Source of the DNA: a bacterium
Lineage (GTDB): Bacteria; Patescibacteriota; Minisyncoccia; Phycocordibacterales; CAIZLB01
Direction: 5' to 3'
Assembly: GCA_037127815.1 (NCBI GenBank)
Contig: JBAXXP010000001.1
Coordinates: forward strand, 16,936 to 80,935
Length of the DNA: 64,000 nt
A program made the translations under genes and the position numbers. The notes under the pieces were generated by a model. The model had not been told where the DNA came from. It worked only from the letters and a program-made list of their open reading frames with translations, and ran no database searches. Shown in pieces: positions 62,233 through 64,000 of this stretch; the first letter of the stretch is position 1; each line of letters starts with the position of its first letter.

Positions 62233-64000
62233 ATGACAGAAAAATCCACACACCTTAAATTCATAGACTATCCCATTTCATCAGTAATCAGGGTTACTCC
62301 TGATCAAGTTCCACACCTTAAAAAATTAAACCTTTTTACTGTTGGTGATATTCTAAGGCACTTCCCCACAAGATATGGTGGAACATCTGAAGCCCAATAT
62401 ATCAAAGACCTAATGGTGGGCCAAAGCGCTACAATATACGGAAGAATTGGAAAACTAAAAACGGGTAAAAGTTTTAAGAGTAAGATGGCAATGGCCGAGG
62501 GCGTGGTAACCGACAACACCGGAAACATAAAAGTCATATGGCTTCATCAACCTTACATTGCAAAACTAATTCAAGAAGGAAGTTTGGTGAAAGTTACAGG
62601 TAAGGTTACAAAAAGAGGTGAAACAAATGGAATGATGAATCCAGAAATAGAATCTGTTGGAACTCTGCCAGACCAAATTGGTAGAAACCTTTTTGCAGGC
62701 AGTGAAACACCAATAGAACATTTTTCGCCAGTATACCCAGAGACAAAAGGGGTGACATCAAAATGGATTTATCACACACTTCAGAGAATTTTTAAGAATC
62801 CCCTTTTTGAATCAATAGAGGACCCAGTTCCCGCTGACATTCTTAAGAAATATAATTTACCAGCACTTAAAACATCTCTTGTTTGGATTCATACTCCTCA
62901 AAAGGAATCTGATGCTCAGGTCGCTAGAAAAAGATTTGCATTTGAGGAAGTGTTTTATATTCAAATTAAAAATCAACAAGTTAGAGCTATGGCTGAAAAA
63001 GAAAAGGCTTACATAATTGAACCATCAAAAGAGACTCTTGGAGAATTCACTAGCAGATTCCCCTTTGCATTAACCACCTCTCAACAAAAATCAATTAAAG
63101 ATATTTTGAACGATTTTAAAAAAGGCACCCCAATGTCCCGACTTCTTGAAGGAGATGTAGGTTCAGGAAAAACAGCCGTTGCAGCAACTACAGCATACGG
63201 AGTTGTGACAACAAGACCAAAAGGCAAGGACTCAAAAACACAAAACTTTGGAAACTTACAGGTTGCATACATGGCCCCCACAGAAATATTAGCAAAACAA
63301 CACTTCGAATCTTTTATTCAGTATTTCAAACATATGCCAATTTCTATTGGTTTTATAAGCGGAACGGGATGCAGAAAATTTCCTTCAAAGGTTAATCAAG
63401 GTGGATGGACCGATATTTCAAGATCACAATTATTGAAATGGGTTGAGGGTGGTGAGATTGCAATACTAATTGGAACTCATGCATTAATTCAAAAGACAGT
63501 AAAATTCAAAGATCTGGCGTATGTAATAATTGATGAGCAACATAGATTTGGAACAGCACAGAGACAGAAGTTAGCACGCAAGCATGATGTTGTCCCCCAT
63601 TTACTATCAATGACGGCAACACCAATTCCAAGAACTCTTGCCCTAACTCTTTATGGGGATTTAGATTTATCTTTGATTGATCAAATGCCCACAGGAAGAA
63701 AACCAATTATTACGGAAATTATTACTGAGCCAAAAAGAGATGCAACATATGAAAAAATCAAAAAAGAACTTGCTGAAGGAAGACAAGTTTATGTTATTTG
63801 TCCAAGAATAGAAGAAGCTGATCCTGACAAGGAGCAAGCTCTGAATGTTAAATCTGTTGTAGAGGAAGCAAAAAGACTAAAGCAAAAAATATTTCAAGAA
63901 TGGAATATCGATATTCTTCATAGTAAAATGAAGCCTAAAGAAAAGGATGCGGTTATGCAGAGTTTTGAAAGAAAAGAAATTGATATCTTGGTTGCAACAA
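62233..64000 (+). CDS. recG: ATP-dependent DNA helicase RecG (3' truncated by window edge)
   Basis: HFP.RY, RLLEGDVGSGKT, MAPTEILA.QH, DEQHRFG, MTATPIPRTL. Confidence 0.93.
   Translation, partial: MTEKSTHLKFIDYPISSVIRVTPDQVPHLKKLNLFTVGDILRHFPTRYGGTSEAQYIKDLMVGQSATIYGRIGKLKTGKSFKSKMAMAEGVVTDNTGNIKVIWLHQPYIAKLIQEGSLVKVTGKVTKRGETNGMMNPEIESVGTLPDQIGRNLFAGSETPIEHFSPVYPETKGVTSKWIYHTLQRIFKNPLFESIEDPVPADILKKYNLPALKTSLVWIHTPQKESDAQVARKRFAFEEVFYIQIKNQQVRAMAEKEKAYIIEPSKETLGEFTSRFPFALTTSQQKSIKDILNDFKKGTPMSRLLEGDVGSGKTAVAATTAYGVVTTRPKGKDSKTQNFGNLQVAYMAPTEILAKQHFESFIQYFKHMPISIGFISGTGCRKFPSKVNQGGWTDISRSQLLKWVEGGEIAILIGTHALIQKTVKFKDLAYVIIDEQHRFGTAQRQKLARKHDVVPHLLSMTATPIPRTLALTLYGDLDLSLIDQMPTGRKPIITEIITEPKRDATYEKIKKELAEGRQVYVICPRIEEADPDKEQALNVKSVVEEAKRLKQKIFQEWNIDILHSKMKPKEKDAVMQSFERKEIDILVAT

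Overview
AT-rich bacterial chromosome segment, most likely Patescibacteria (CPR, Parcubacteria-like). This is an inference from the PilQ-less type IV pilus locus, compact RF2, atypical tRNAs and many apparently leaderless genes; genetic code 11. It holds housekeeping genes (ligA, gatCA, prfB, ftsEX, ung, partial recG), pyrC/pyrD, a GH130-PMM-PMI mannoside cluster, a type IV pilus locus plus two orphan pilins, a CsoR-CopA copper operon, a DinJ/YafQ-type toxin-antitoxin pair, eight tRNAs and a LAGLIDADG endonuclease gene overlapping tRNA-Asp. The strongest candidate for an undescribed system is a module seen three times: a PemK/MazF-family toxin gene with no neighbouring protein antitoxin, overlapped at its 3' end by a convergent sigma70 promoter of fixed geometry (TTGACA-N16-TARAMT-N4-RTACAAAT) followed by two hairpins. 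This suggests an RNA antitoxin, and one copy survives although most of its toxin gene is deleted. Other notable items are a tRNA-Ser with the very rare ACT anticodon, a pilin put out of frame at a G9 tract between ftsE and ftsX, and a dispersed TTTGGGGTCAGGC palindrome family. All calls come from reading the sequence by eye; no searches were run.
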